64,000 nt of DNA from Lama guanicoe (taxonomy: Eukaryota): positions 5,688,626 to 5,752,625 of the forward strand of contig MU054220.1 of the NCBI GenBank assembly GCA_013239625.1, written 5' to 3'. Below the pieces are notes generated by a model that was given only the letters and a program-made list of their open reading frames with translations, was not told where the DNA came from and searched no databases. Below are positions 1-12,623 of the stretch, one piece after another (the stretch's first letter is position 1; every line of letters starts with the position of its first letter). The position numbers and the translations under genes are program-made.

Positions 1-165
1 AACATTTAAGTACCTAGCATTATATGTGTAATATGTAATCATCACAATATCCCCAATTAGGTGCAGAAGACAAAAGCTAAGATGGCAGTGGGTTACATTA
101 ATCGCTGAGATCATACAGATAAAAAGTAGCCACGCAGGCATCCACACCCAGGCTTCACAACAGTA
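1..165 (-). mobile_element. MIR SINE relic
   Basis: Degenerate match to reverse-strand MIR core (...gctgagatcatacagataaaaagtagccacgcaggcatccacacccagg); boundaries approximate. Confidence 0.55.
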
Positions 166-689
166 GGACTGCCATCTCAGCTGGATCTCTCAGCCTTCAC
201 CCCGAATCCACACCAGGATGCATAGGAAGCATTAATGTCTGCATTTCTCTCTGCTCATCTCAGCTCCCTCCTCAAGAAGCAGTGTCCACACCTGCTTCTT
301 ATCATTTCCAATGTCCACTTATTTCCCTCTCCAATCCCCTACACAAGTCCAATCTGCCTTTACGCCCCGTTAATAATGACAGCCAGGATGCTCCCTCTTG
401 TAAATTGCTTTTCACTTCGGCCATTTCCCAGACAGCTGATGTGAAGTTTGTAGTTTGTAAAAGCAGGGAAGGGGCAGCACACAGGGACAAGCCAGAGTAT
501 AGGCTTCTCTTTTCCTGGGACATGTTTGCAATGCGCTACACAATTTAGAGAAAAAGAGAAAAGTTGAAATGAAGCACAGTAAAATGGAAAAAACAGAGAG
601 GTTGCTTCTGAAACATGGTTAAAATGCCTGGGTCGGTGTCCCCTATGAAAAAAATTAATGGCATCTTCCCTGAGAAATGCTCTCCCTTC

Positions 690-1250
690 TCTTGCAAAAA
701 GAAAAGCTCTTTCCGGATCGTAAACAGCCCTCTTCTGCTCAGCCAGGGTCATCCCTCCTCTGCTCAGTCTCCACTCGTTGTCAGATGCCCGCCCTGCTTG
801 TGATCACACAGCTGCGCCGCTGCCCTGGTGGAGTGAGGCCTCCAGCCATCCCCTTTTATCACATGCTCTTGCAGACAGACTCTGCAGGCTGGTTCCTTGT
901 TACTGATAAGATCTCTACCCTGGAACTCCGGGGGTTGCCGAGCAGCAGACTCTTGTCTGAGAGATGTGGTGTGAATTCCAACTGTAAAGAATTACCAATG
1001 ACACCCAGATATCTAGATTTCAGAAGTTTCCGTGGTAGTTCCTCTGTTTATCTCCAATTCCTAATAGTCTACACCTGTACCTGAATTGACTGTGAGGCAT
1101 TAGGTATCTTTACCAAGTTTCCTTCTTCAAGTGCGTCTCAGCGTTCCGGAAAGTGGAAAACAGAATACAGATCCCAGAATCTATTGCCAAAATCTGTCCT
1201 GATTGTCACTATCCGCCTCAGCGAAGCTAGGGCTTGTGCATTACTGTGCA
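690..1250. promoter_or_regulatory. Unique, CpG-enriched segment with clustered GATA/E-box/RUNX/ETS motifs; candidate enhancer or promoter
   Basis: About a dozen CpGs in ~550 bp versus sparse background; TTATCA 856, TGATAA 904, TTATCT 1048, CAGATG 782, CAGCTG 809, TGTGGT 965, TTCCGG 711, TTCCGGAA 1144, GCCCGCCC 787. Confidence 0.35.
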
Positions 1251-1287
1251 TCCACAGTCTGGAATGTGGGCTCACTTGTCTGTATGG

Positions 1288-1822
1288 GTGTTAGTTTTCT
1301 GTCATTGCTGTAATAATGCTTTGTGGCATAAAGCTGCACACATTTATGATCTTACAGTTCTGTAAGTCAGAAGTCGCGTATGAGTCTCATGCAACTAAAG
1401 TCAGGTGGTCAGCAGGGCTGCAGTCCTTCCTGCAGGCTCTAGAGGGGAATCTATTTTCTGCTCACTAGGGTTACTGGCAGAATTCAGTTCCTGGGACGGT
1501 AGGCCGAGGCCCCTGTTTAGCTGACATCCATTCCCAGCCCTTAGAAGCCACACTACACTTCTTTACTCCTGATCTCTTTCCTCCATCTTCAAAGCCAGCA
1601 ACAGTGTGTCCAGTTCTTCCCATGCCACACCTGTCTGGCCCACTGTCCTGTCTTCCTCTCCCACGTTTGGACTCAGTGATTAGATTAGGCCCCCATGGAT
1701 CATCAAGATAATCTCCCCATTTCAAGGTCACATCTACAACTTCCCTTTGCCATGTAAGGTAATGTATTCATAGGTTCCAGAGTTGAGGCTGTGGTCATCT
1801 TTACTGGGGCCATACTCAGCCT
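1288..1822 (-). mobile_element. MaLR solo LTR (MLT1D/E-like)
   Basis: Typical reverse MLT1 text: catttatgatcttacagttctgtaagtcagaagtc ... ggcagaattcagttcc ... ccctttgccatgtaaggtaatgtattcataggttccag. Confidence 0.85.
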
Positions 1823-1831
1823 CTTAGTAGT

Positions 1832-2140
1832 ATTTAAACATCAGCTCAGATGTCCCCCTTTTCAGAGGGTTCTTCCTTGATCATAGGAAATACTATTTTC
1901 ACACTAATGATTATTATGTGCATTTATTTTTTAATTAATTATTTTTAAATGATTAAATCACATAATGATTTAAACCTGCTTATGTATTGTTTTTGCTTGT
2001 TTATTGTCCATCTCTCCAACTAGCGTGAACGCTCCCTAAGCAGAGTTTCTGCACTACTATGTTCCAAACACCTGAATGCTGATTGGTACTGAGTAGCTAC
2101 TCAGTAAATGTTTATTGAGTGGACAAAAGCGTGAACAAAT
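1832..2140 (+). mobile_element. L2 LINE 3' end relic
   Basis: ctcagatgtccccctt...ttgtttattgtccatctctccaactag...actcagtaaatgtttattgagtgg resembles the L2 terminus. Confidence 0.7.
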
Positions 2141-2780
2141 GGAAATGCTTTTAAAGTTATCTGGTGTAGAGGATTTCAGTTCTGAGTCTTCATACTCTTC
2201 CTAAATATGTCCATGATGGTCTACAGAAAGTTCACTATCTATCAAAACAACTCCCCTTACCCAAAGAACAAGTCTTTGTCCAGGACATTGGAATAGCATA
2301 TTACAAGCTCGAGACATTTCCCAAAGCCTGAGATATGAAGTCAGATTGGGCTTCAGGTTTCTCTGCCAGATTCCTTAACATCATGAGGTAAGACTGTGCC
2401 TCTGAGCGCTTCCTGCCATCAGCACATCTCTATGCCAATCTCCCCTGAGTAGTAATAGCTAGCTCATGCTCATCTCCCAAGAATTCACATGTTTATTTGG
2501 AAGAGAACAGTTTAAATCACACTTGGGGGAAAAATAGCCTATTCTTTCTTTCCAAAAAAGAAATGTATTATGCAGTATAGTTTAGCTATCCATTATCTCA
2601 AATTTCTTCTTTCCCTTCCTTTTGCTTTGTTTCGTTTTGCTATGATATCAACAAACTAAGAAATAAAACCTTCCTTTTCATAGAAGATAAAGGAAGTGTT
2701 GCCCCAAAGTTGAAATCAAGACTGTCTGTAAAAAAAAAACAGGAGAACTACCTCTGGTTGTAAAATGAAAACCCACCCCT

Positions 2781-2823
2781 ACACACACACACACACGCAC
2801 GCACGCACACGCACACACATACA
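2781..2823. repeat. (CA)n/(CACG)n compound microsatellite
   Basis: Seen directly. Confidence 0.95.
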
Positions 2824-4349
2824 TCTTCTAGCCAGAACTCAAAATGCTTGGGTTCAGTCTTACTAGAGTATGTCTGTATACTAGCACTTGTGGCGCACCA
2901 GACATGAAACAGCCTGTGCTAGGGATCCTATAGATATTGTGTTATTTAATCATTTGGGCCCTTCTAGGTTGTATTGTTACCTTTGTGTTATTCATTAGGA
3001 TATTGTCTTGAAGAGATAATATCCAGGAGATATCTGTGATTCCAGATCAGGCTGCTTGTTCCAAAACCAGTGCTCCTTTCAAGATTTTCCACTGCTCTCA
3101 GTCTGTCATCCTTTCTGCTTCCTTTTAGGTCACTTTTACTGTCTTCTTCGTACCTATACACATATTACCCTCATGCTGCCCATGGAGGATCTTTTTCTAG
3201 GTCTACCTTTCTAGGGGGATTTTCTAATGTCCAAAAAATACTTCTCCTTGCCTCAAAACATTGCTCTCTTCAAAACTTTGATCTCACTGAAGGATTTCTG
3301 GGATGAATACTAACTATGAGCACTGTGGCATAATGAGAAAGAAATAGAACTGGAAGTTATGAATCTGCAGATTTTCAGTAGTGAGGTTTGGGGCTAGGAA
3401 TGTTGTAGCAAGACTCTTGAAAACTGGGAGTATCTTCCTAAGATTAACATTCATCAAACCTCTACTCTAAGCTCTGGACTGGGTCTAACACACTGTGTTA
3501 TTCATTGTCTCATTTTGTTTTACTAACATTCGCTGAGCCTCAGATTCTTTCAAGTAGCATTGAGACCTGTAGAACCCTTCTCACTGGTCGTAGGCTGATG
3601 AGGTGGCATCGATGTTATATATTGTGAATATGAAAATAATTTTCTAAACTCAAATCCCCATACAAGTGTTTGCAAATTCCAATGTTAAATAACAAAAAGA
3701 ATCTGAACCCGTTTTAAGTAACAAGCATGTAGAAATCTTGTGTAAGAGGAAGTCCAGCAGGGCAGGCGCCAGGTGGAAAGGAATAGAGACTTTATAATGT
3801 CATCAAAGTGCCTGTTCTTATTGTCTTTCCAATTTTCTACCCTCAGTATTGGCTTCCTCTAAGGCTGGTCACCTTTATGATGTTTAAATACTTTGCAGAA
3901 AATCTGTGCCCAAAGGGATTCTTTTTCATGTCCAGCAAGAGAGAAACCGCTCTGCCAGGAATTAGATGTACACACTTCCCTAAGGTGTGATTGGGTCACT
4001 AGCTGAGAAACAGTTACCATAAGGATGCTATTCACTGATTAACTCAAGATAGCTAGAAACAAAGTCACCTCCCTTAGTCTCATGGGGATAAGGGGGACAG
4101 TTGTATAAAATTGGAGCTATGTTTGAAAGAACACAATTGAATTTCTGGGTAGGAAGCAAATAAATACACTCTCATTGGAACCTCTACCCCTTTTTCCACA
4201 CGTCTTCTGTGTTTCCTTTCTCAAAAGGCAGACTAGTTGCTAATATAATTAAATTGACTGGAGCCCATGACGTGTATCACTCCCTTTTCCTAATGAGTTA
4301 CTTTACTGAAACTTTTTCAGACAGAGACAGGAAGAAGGTCTTGAGAACA

Positions 4350-4722
4350 GATCAGATGGTCACAACAATTTCTTCCTAAAATATGGATGCTCTGCACAAT
4401 GTACCTTTGTGGCTATTCCCATCAAGAAGTAGAATTTATTTTTCTACTTCGTGAATCTGGACTTGTCTTGGAAGTGGCTTAAACCAATAAACTGTAATAG
4501 ATGTTGTGAAACTTGTCGGCCTAAGTCTCAGAAGGCATTATAACGTCTACTCTTGCTTGCTACCCTTGGGCTGCTGTGTTAAAAATCCAAACTAAACTCC
4601 TTATAGACGAGATACCACATGGAAAGAGAGGTCAAGCCGACAACCAGCATGAACAAATACATGACTGCTATTTCAATCCACCCTGTTTGGGATGGTTACA
4701 CAGAAATAGATAACTCTTATAC
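4350..4722 (+). mobile_element. MaLR LTR (MLT1F/G-like)
   Basis: cccatcaagaagtagaatttatttttc...gaatctggacttg; 3' end tttgggatggttacacagaaatagataact. Confidence 0.75.
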
Positions 4723-4739
4723 ACTCTACAGATCTGGTT

Positions 4740-5170
4740 GTTTAAGAAAGAGGGGTTATTAATATGTACACTTCTATTAAAGTATAACCTAAAGTATACT
4801 TATTATATATGCTTATATTAAAAAAGAATAAACCATAATATATTTTAAAATGTTTATTTATAGGAAAAGAAAGGGAATAAAGTGAAGCAGGAAGGTTTTA
4901 AATCTAGACTTCCTTGTTGATTTGAATTTGGAATAACAAAAACATTATACATAATTATATGTAGCAAGATGAAAAATTTTAAAGCAGTCCTAAAAACTCA
5001 AATAAAAACAAAAATCAAATTAACAAATTTCTGTCTTGTGATGAAACTAATCAAAATAACTTAAAAACACAGTGATTTGACTGTATAACCCTGTGGGAGA
5101 AAAATAATTGCAAAAAAAACCCAAAAAACAAAAAAAAACCCACAAAGATGACAAACAAAAAACACCTTAA
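4740..5170 (+). mobile_element. Old L1 (L1MC/L1ME-like) 3'UTR fragment
   Basis: A-rich L1 3'UTR-like text; subfamily uncertain. Confidence 0.5.
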
Positions 5171-5825
5171 GCCTTGGAATTCCGGGGAAGATATCCATCC
5201 CTGTTTACCATTTGAGTTCACCATACCTTTTTCAGTCTTATAACTTTAAGTCATTTTACAAACAAAGGAGTTCAATGGACCCATGTGGTAATTTCAAGAT
5301 GAAATGAGGTTTTTTTTCTATTTTTTAAAGTAAATTTTCTTTTTCTCTGTTTTTTTCTGGTAGATTATTCTAAGAAAATTTTTGGTTGAATGAGTTTCTA
5401 GATGAGCAATAAATATCTGAGTCTTTATTCCTCCATTTAATGACTATTTTTCCTTGGTTTACAATTACCTCTATTTTCCCAAGGGAGGGTTTGACAAAGA
5501 GAGAAACAGGATAAGGATGTCATATGATCCAAATGTCTAGCAAATAATTTTTTCTTAGACTGTGTCTCTGCCTTAAAATCAAAATGACTTGATAGGAAGC
5601 AGTTCAGAAGCCTAAATAGTAAAAGTTCTGTTTGAAATACTCCCATTAGTTGCCTTTCAAAAATATAGCCTTCACCTTTATGAAGAAGGTGAATTAGGAA
5701 TCGGAGTTCCCTTCCGTTTTCTTTAGGCACTGAGGTAGTATAGCCATGCATTTAGCAGTGACAGACTTAGCTTTGTGGAACTGATTAGGGAAACTGCATA
5801 TTTCTTTTTCTTCATTAAAAATCAT

Positions 5826-5852
5826 ATACACACATACACACACACACACACA
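5826..5852. repeat. (CA)n microsatellite
   Basis: Seen directly. Confidence 0.9.
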
Positions 5853-6785
5853 CCATGAATAGCCTCCTTGAAGGCTGGAGAGCATCTTGGAATTTTTTTT
5901 TCTGAATGAGAAGAAATAGAGTTTAATTTCTTAGATCAGCTATTTCAGATTGATTTTATGTTCAGTGGTATGAGCTGATTGAGTGCCAATGGGGAACTAA
6001 AAATCCCTAGCCCAAGAGTCATTATGGACATATTGCAGGAGAGACCCTGGTAAATTAGATACCAAGCTAAAAGCAAACTTAAAATAAATTCTAATCCCAT
6101 TCAACATAGAAGGTACATTCATGTTTGGCCAGGCACTGATGCAGAGAAAACTGTGAAACAAAAATCTCTTTCCTTAAGAGATAAGCTACAAGTGAGGAAA
6201 AGAAACATTTGTAAAAACAAAATTGGAGTGATAGATATATACACTGAATTCTCTGGTCTTCCAAGTGTTGAATGAGTCCACTTGAACTAGGTGAATACAG
6301 CATGGTTTCAGAGAAGAATTGATATTTGTTTAAGTACAAGAAGGAGTTGGCCAAATACACCAAAACATTTAGACAGAGGGAATGGAATGATGAAACACAA
6401 AGATTTGATTTAGAGTGCACCATGCATTTGGGTAAAGGACAGAGGTCTAGAATTGTATAAGCATGAGATGTGTGAGATCAGTATGACCATTTAGTAGGAA
6501 TCTGGGTTAGCATTTTGGATCTGTGCTTCGTGTATTCCCCACAAATGTTCTGAGCCAGTGCATTTTGCGGGGCAGCCAGAGGGCAAAGTTGGCAGATATC
6601 GTTATGAGTTGGGATTTCAGAAGAATAGAGAGCATGAGTGGTGAAGGTCATTAATAGCATCCAGTTAGCTGTCATTTCAGTATTTGGAAGGGGACCCAGT
6701 TGCTTCCTGTTTTGCATGTTCTTCCACATGCAAAACAATGATTTGGTGTCATTCTAAAAAGTCTCTAATTACTAATAAGCTATCT

Positions 6786-9526
6786 AGGGGTGGGAGTGGC
6801 CAAATTGGTGGAGTAGGAAGACCCTGAGCTCATGTCTTCCCATGGGCATGCCAAAAGTACAGCTATTTTCAGACCAACTGTTAATGAGAAAAACCAGAAG
6901 ACCAGCAGAAAGATCTTCTAAAACCAAAGACATAAAGAAGAAGCCACAGTGAGATGGGTAGGAGGGACAGAGACACAGTATAGTGAAGACCTGTACCCCT
7001 GGGTGGGAGACCCACAAATAGGATGATAATTACAGTTTCAGAGGTTCTCCCCAGGGAGCCAGGGGTCTTAGCCCCACATCAGGCTCCCCAGCCTGGGGGT
7101 CCTGCTTTGGGAAGATGAGCCCCCAGAATATTTGACTTTGAAGGCCAGTGGGGCTTACTTTTAGGAAAGCAAGAGGGCTGTGGGAAATAGAAACTCCACT
7201 TTTTAAAGGGTGCACACAAAATCTCACACGCTCTGGGACCCAGGACAGAAGCATAATTTGAAAGGAGCCTGAGTCAGGCCAACATGCTGATCTTGGAGAG
7301 TCTCCCAGAGAGACAAGAGGCAACAGGAGCCAACCCTGAGACAGAGACACTGACAGAAGCCATTTTGGGGAGCTTGTTCTACTATGTGGACACTGGTGCT
7401 GGCCAACACCAGGGAATCCTCCCTCTAGCTTATTGTTGTCAGGACCTGGCCCTGCCCACCGGTGGGCCAGAACTAGCTTAGGGACTTGTGAAACAGCCTC
7501 TCCCAGCAGTGGCTGGCAGTCCCTGCACAAGGCAGGGCCTGATAACCAACTGAACCAGGGACCAGCCATGCCCACCAGAGCTCTCTACAGTAGTCAGATT
7601 GCCACAACTGAAGGACCCACACAGCCCAAATAGGGGGCACTCCTAGAGCATATAGCACTGGTAACCAGAGGGGAGTATGCTGCTGGGACACATAGGACTC
7701 TCCTACAAAAGGCCACTTCTCCAAGGTCAGGAAATATAACCAGCCTACCGGATACATAGAAATAAAAACAGCAAATTAGGCAGAACAAGGTGACAGAAGA
7801 ATATATTCAAACTGAAGGAACAAGATAAAACTCCACAAGAAGAACCAAGTGAAGTGGAGATAGCCAATCTACCCAACAGAGTTCACAAAGTAATGATGGC
7901 AAAGATAATCAAAGAACTTGGGAGAAGATTGAATGAGCAGAGTGAGAAGTTAAGAATTTTTTAACAAAGAGTTAGAACATATAAAGAACCCAACAAAGAT
8001 AAAGAATACAATAACTGAAATGAAAAACACACTAGAAGGAATTAACAGTAGATTAGATGATACAGAGGAACAGAGCAATGGTCTGGAAGACAGAGTAGTG
8101 GAAACACTAAAGATGAAAAGAAAAAAGAATAAAGAGAAATGAGGACAGATTAAGAGACCTCTAAGACAACATCAAGCATACTAACATTCACGTTATAGGG
8201 ATCCCAGAAGGAGAAGAGGGAGAAAAGGAGGAGAGGACATATTTGAAGATATGATAGCTGAAAACTCCTCTCACCTGGGAAAGGAAACAGACATCTAGGT
8301 CCTGGAAGCACAGTGAGTCCCAAACAGGATCAACCCAGAGGACCCCATCAAGACGCACTGTGATTAAAATGGCAAAAATTAAAAGCAGGAAAGGAAGAGT
8401 AACAGGTTCCATACAAGAGAACTCCCATAAGGCTATCAGCTGACTTTTTAACAAAAACTCTATAGGCCAGGAGGGAGTAGCACAGTGTATTTGAAGTGAT
8501 GAAAGGGGAAAACCTGCCACCAAGAATGATATGCCCAGCAAGGCTTTCTTTCAGATTTTAGGAGAGATCAGAAGTCTTACAGACAAGCAAAAGCTGTTAA
8601 GAGTTCAGCAGCATGAAACCAGCTTTACAGGAAATGTTAAAGGGACTTCTCTAAAGGAAAAAGAAGATGCCATAACTAGAAACATGAAAATTACAAATAG
8701 AAAAAAACTCATTGGTCAAGGCAAATATACAGTAAAGGTGGTAAGTCAGCCATGTAAAAAGCTAGTAGGAAGGATAAAAGACTATAGTTGTAAAATCTTT
8801 ATCCACAGTAAGAATAATTAAGGGATACACAGAACAAAACAGAAAAATAGAGTAAAATATGATATTAAAAACTGAATGTTGGAGGGGGAATAAAAATGTA
8901 GGGTTGAGAAAATGTGTTTGAACTTAAGAGATCCGCAACTTAAAATAACCACAACTTTATACAGAGAGATCACAATGTACAGTGTGGGGAATATAGTCAA
9001 TAACTGTGCAGTATCTTTGTAAGATGACATTTTGTAACTAGACTTATCATGGTGACCATTTTGCAATTTATAGAAATACCAAATCGTTCTGTTGTGTAAT
9101 AGGAACTAACATAGTGTTGTAGGTTAAGTATACTTTAAAAACAAACTAATAGAAAAAGAGATCAGATTTGTGGTTACCAGAGGTGCGGGTGGGGGAAGAG
9201 GGAGTTGGATGGAGGTAGTCTAAAGGTACAAGCTTCCAGTTACAAGATACATAAATACTAGGGATGTGATGTACATGACAAATGCAATTAACACTGCTGA
9301 GTGCTATGTGTGAAAATTAAAAGAGTAAAACCTGAGAGTTCTCATTATAAGAAAAACAATTTGTTTCTATTTCTTTCATTTTGTTTCTGTATGAGATGAT
9401 AGATGTCCACTAAACATACTGTGATAATCATTTCATGATGTATGTAAGTCAAATCATTACGCTATACATCTTAAACGTATACAGTGCTGTATGCCAATGA
9501 TATCTCAGTAAAACTGGAAAGGAAAA
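6786..9526 (+). mobile_element. L1 retaining 5'UTR, ORF1, inter-ORF spacer and 3'UTR but lacking ORF2
   Basis: GC-rich 5'UTR from ~6786 (ggagtaggaagaccctgagctc...); ORF1 relic to TAA 8652-8654; A-rich spacer to ~8955; then L1 3'UTR (gtggttaccagagg...aaaggtacaagcttccagttacaagat...tatctcagtaaaactggaaa); tatctagg occurs at both ends. Confidence 0.9.
7780..8654 (+). pseudogene. Decayed L1 ORF1 (RNA-binding chaperone) with stops and frameshifts
   Basis: Hand translation gives ORF1 motifs KEQDKTPQEEPSEVEIANLP, RDL*DNIKHTNIHVIGIPEGEE, IRLSADF and KPALQEMLKGLL*. Confidence 0.9.
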
Positions 9527-10103
9527 CTATGTATCTAGGAGTGTAATGGTATAACAGCTCCTCGGACCAGCTTGTCATTCTGTGAAATCCTTATAAGATG
9601 AATGAGCACAGAGTAGCAGGGTGCCCTCTCGTTGATGGTGCCAGATTTCCCAGGTAAACCTATGGAATTAGAGTGGGAGTAAGAGGGCACCAAAGCATGG
9701 TCCTGATACAAACTTGCCAGGTACCCAGAAGTGAGGAGTTAAGACATTGTTTTAATTCAAGGGCAGGTGGCAATAGTGTTAACAGCAGGAAAGGAGGGAG
9801 ATACGATTACTATCATTATCCAGTATATATTTAGCCTGAGTTGAAGTGGGGGCCTTTGGATTTTGGTTGCAAGTTTTCTTTCTGACTGATGATTTCTGAC
9901 CACTACTAGAGATAAAGCAGTGGGTTGGCAATGTATATTTTTATTGATTTTGTACTGTGATTCACTACTATGGTTTGGTGTACCTCAAGCATCCAGTACC
10001 TTGTGTTCAATATATCTTTGCTGAATGAATGAATAAATTGTGTACCTTGTATTATACAGTAGTTATTTCATACCAGAACATAGTTCTATGAAGTTAAGAG
10101 CCT

Positions 10104-10636
10104 TGTGCAGTAAATTGCAAAAAAAAATGCCTGCAAATTTCTCCCAAACCAGGATGCACACCCCATTTGAAATATGATTTTACTGTTACTTCCAAGAAAA
10201 GGTGAGGCCTTCTTCTTCACCTCCTTGGGCCTAGGCTGGCCTTCTTACTTCCTCTGACTAATGAAATTCAGTAGGTGTAACATTTAACGAGTTCTGAGTC
10301 AGAGGCCTTGTAGTTTCTGTTCTCACTCTCTTGGAACTAAGGCCACCATGTAAAGGAGCCCCCGTCAGCTTCAGTCAGATGAGTAACCATATGGAGGCAG
10401 AGATCAGCACCAACATCCAGCATGTGATTGAGATCATGTTAGACTGTTCAGCCTCAGTCCAGCCACCAGCAGACTGCTGCTATAGTGAGTAATTCCAGGT
10501 GGAGTCAGTTGAAAAACCACCCAAGTGTATCAGGCCCAGATGACTGACCCATAGATTCATGAATAAATAAAATGGTTGTTTCAAATTGTGGAATTTTGGG
10601 GATGGTTTGTTACATAGCAGTATATAACTGTTATAC
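10104..10636 (+). mobile_element. MaLR LTR (MLT1G/H-like)
   Basis: Ends aataaataaaatggttgtttc...ttttggggatggtttgttacatagcagtatataactg, a typical MLT1 3' end. Confidence 0.8.
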
Positions 10637-12494
10637 CCTGTCTATATTATTCACTGCTGGCTTTCTAGAGCCTAGCTAATTGCCTGACACATAATTAGCC
10701 TTTCTTGATTTTTTTGTATTATTATATACAAATTTTGATTCTTACAAGAATCATGTAAGATAAATATTAGTCCCATTTTGTTAATGAGAAAAAGAAATGC
10801 AGAGAGATAAAAGTAACTGACTTATGTTAGTGAAAACGCCGCAAGGAAGCAGAAAACACAAACAGTGTAAGTTAAATTGAGAAGAGTTTAGTAGAAGGGC
10901 TATTTACAGAGGCATGAATAGGGAGTTCAGTTATCTGGGGGTTGTAGCATAGAAAAAGGTTGCTTGTCAAGAAGAGGAAACCACCCTATTCATATACACC
11001 CTTTTTAATGGTATTTGCACTCCTAATACCCTTAGTAAGGTTGTTACTCATGGCTGGAGAATCCTTTCCTTCATAATATGATCCTAGTTTGAGTCTTGTG
11101 AAAGAAGATGGAAGGGTAGTTGAGGCAGAGTTGCAGAGAGTCAAGGGGAGAGATACAATTCTGACACTATCTACTTCCATTTTGATTGTCAATTGTATTT
11201 CATAAAATGAAAGTGAGTACAGAGTGAGTTTCAGCCAAGAAAAAAATCTTGGTCATATAAGCACACAGAGAATTTCCAAATTTCTGAAAGAAATTTCTGG
11301 CGAGCAGAGTTTGGTAAAAAGAGCTGTTGAGATATTGGTTGTATCCTGTCCTGCTGATAGGTGTGACATGGTGATCTAATTATTTAAAATCTCAGTGGTT
11401 CCATTTTCTCATTTTTCAAAATATCAAAATCATGCCAGACTCATCAACCTCAGAGGGTAAGGAACTGTAACAACCACACAGTAACATTTTTACCTCCAGT
11501 ACACTGAGGAATATAGAGCTCTGTGTTTGTGAGGTATTCTTCTTCTCAACAAATGCAAATATTCTGCAACCCCCTGGAAAAATCAAACAAATGTGTGGCT
11601 TTGTTTCTTAGAACAAATTCAGTTACCCTTGATGGTCTCCCTCCTGAACTCTGTCTTTGAAAGCTGTGCTTTGTGGGAAAAGGGGATGAGCTGGTCACGA
11701 AGAGCCTTGACCTTGCGTGGCGTTCCTCTGTGCTTGCTGTCCTGGAAGGCAAAGGGCTTAGCCATGGGTGGCCCTCAGGGATCCACCCAAAAGCAAGTGA
11801 TGTTTGAATTATTGAGTGCCCTGCTTGAATAAAGAGAGGGGGCAATTGAAGCCTGGCCTGGATCACAAGATTTATGAAATACAATATTCACCAGTGGCCT
11901 CTGTCTCCTCTTTCCTTTTCGGTGATAGGTTAAGAGCTCAGATTAGAGAAAATAGAAGGAGAAGAGAGCAGTAGGCAAGTTAGGCAGTGATTCATCATGC
12001 TTCTGGCCTGCATCCAGATGGCTGTTTGTACACAGCTCAGTGTTTGCAGGGAGAAGAGAAGCCATATGGGAACAGGGAGAAGTATTAAGGTAGGGCCAGC
12101 CAAGGGGTGGAGATTAAACAATGGGATGCCTCTAAGAAGCAGCCAGTAGGGAAGAAAGTGACTTTGGTTTCCTTGTCCACTCTCTCTTCTACTCTTCAGA
12201 TAAATGGATAGAGGTACCATTGCCCCCAGTCTCATTATTGTGGGTCAAAGGAAGCAGATTTTTGGGGGTAGGGGTTTAATGTCAGATACATTGAGGGAAT
12301 CTTTTATTTTTTTATTTTTTTTTATTTCAGACAAACGAGCTATCAAAACTTAGTACACAAGCCTCAAACAACCCAGCAAAGTAAGTTATAACATTTCTGT
12401 TTCAGACATACACTCAATACCTTCTATTATTTGCCAGTTACCTATCTTTCTGCCTGTATCTTGCCCCATCCCAGTTCTAAGCACTTGGCACAAT

Positions 12495-12587
12495 ATGTAG
12501 AGATAAAGATGTAGATCTAGATGTAAATGCAGGTGCAGATGCAGATGTAGACATAATAGGTACATATACCTGCGTGTGTATGCGGTG

Positions 12588-12620
<33 letters not shown>
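12495..12620. repeat. Degenerate (AGATGY)n hexamer followed by (GT)n microsatellite
   Basis: Seen directly. Confidence 0.9.

Positions 12621-12623
<3 letters not shown>

Noticed and set aside
360..1084. 130-aa and 135-aa ORFs
   Set aside because: No recognisable domain, overlapping on opposite strands, and expected by chance in GC-richer DNA
5731..5752. let-7-like start TGAGGTAGTA (similar TGAGGTAGT near 42498 and 63961)
   Set aside because: Only the first 9-10 nt match; the rest of the mature sequence and a complementary hairpin arm are absent
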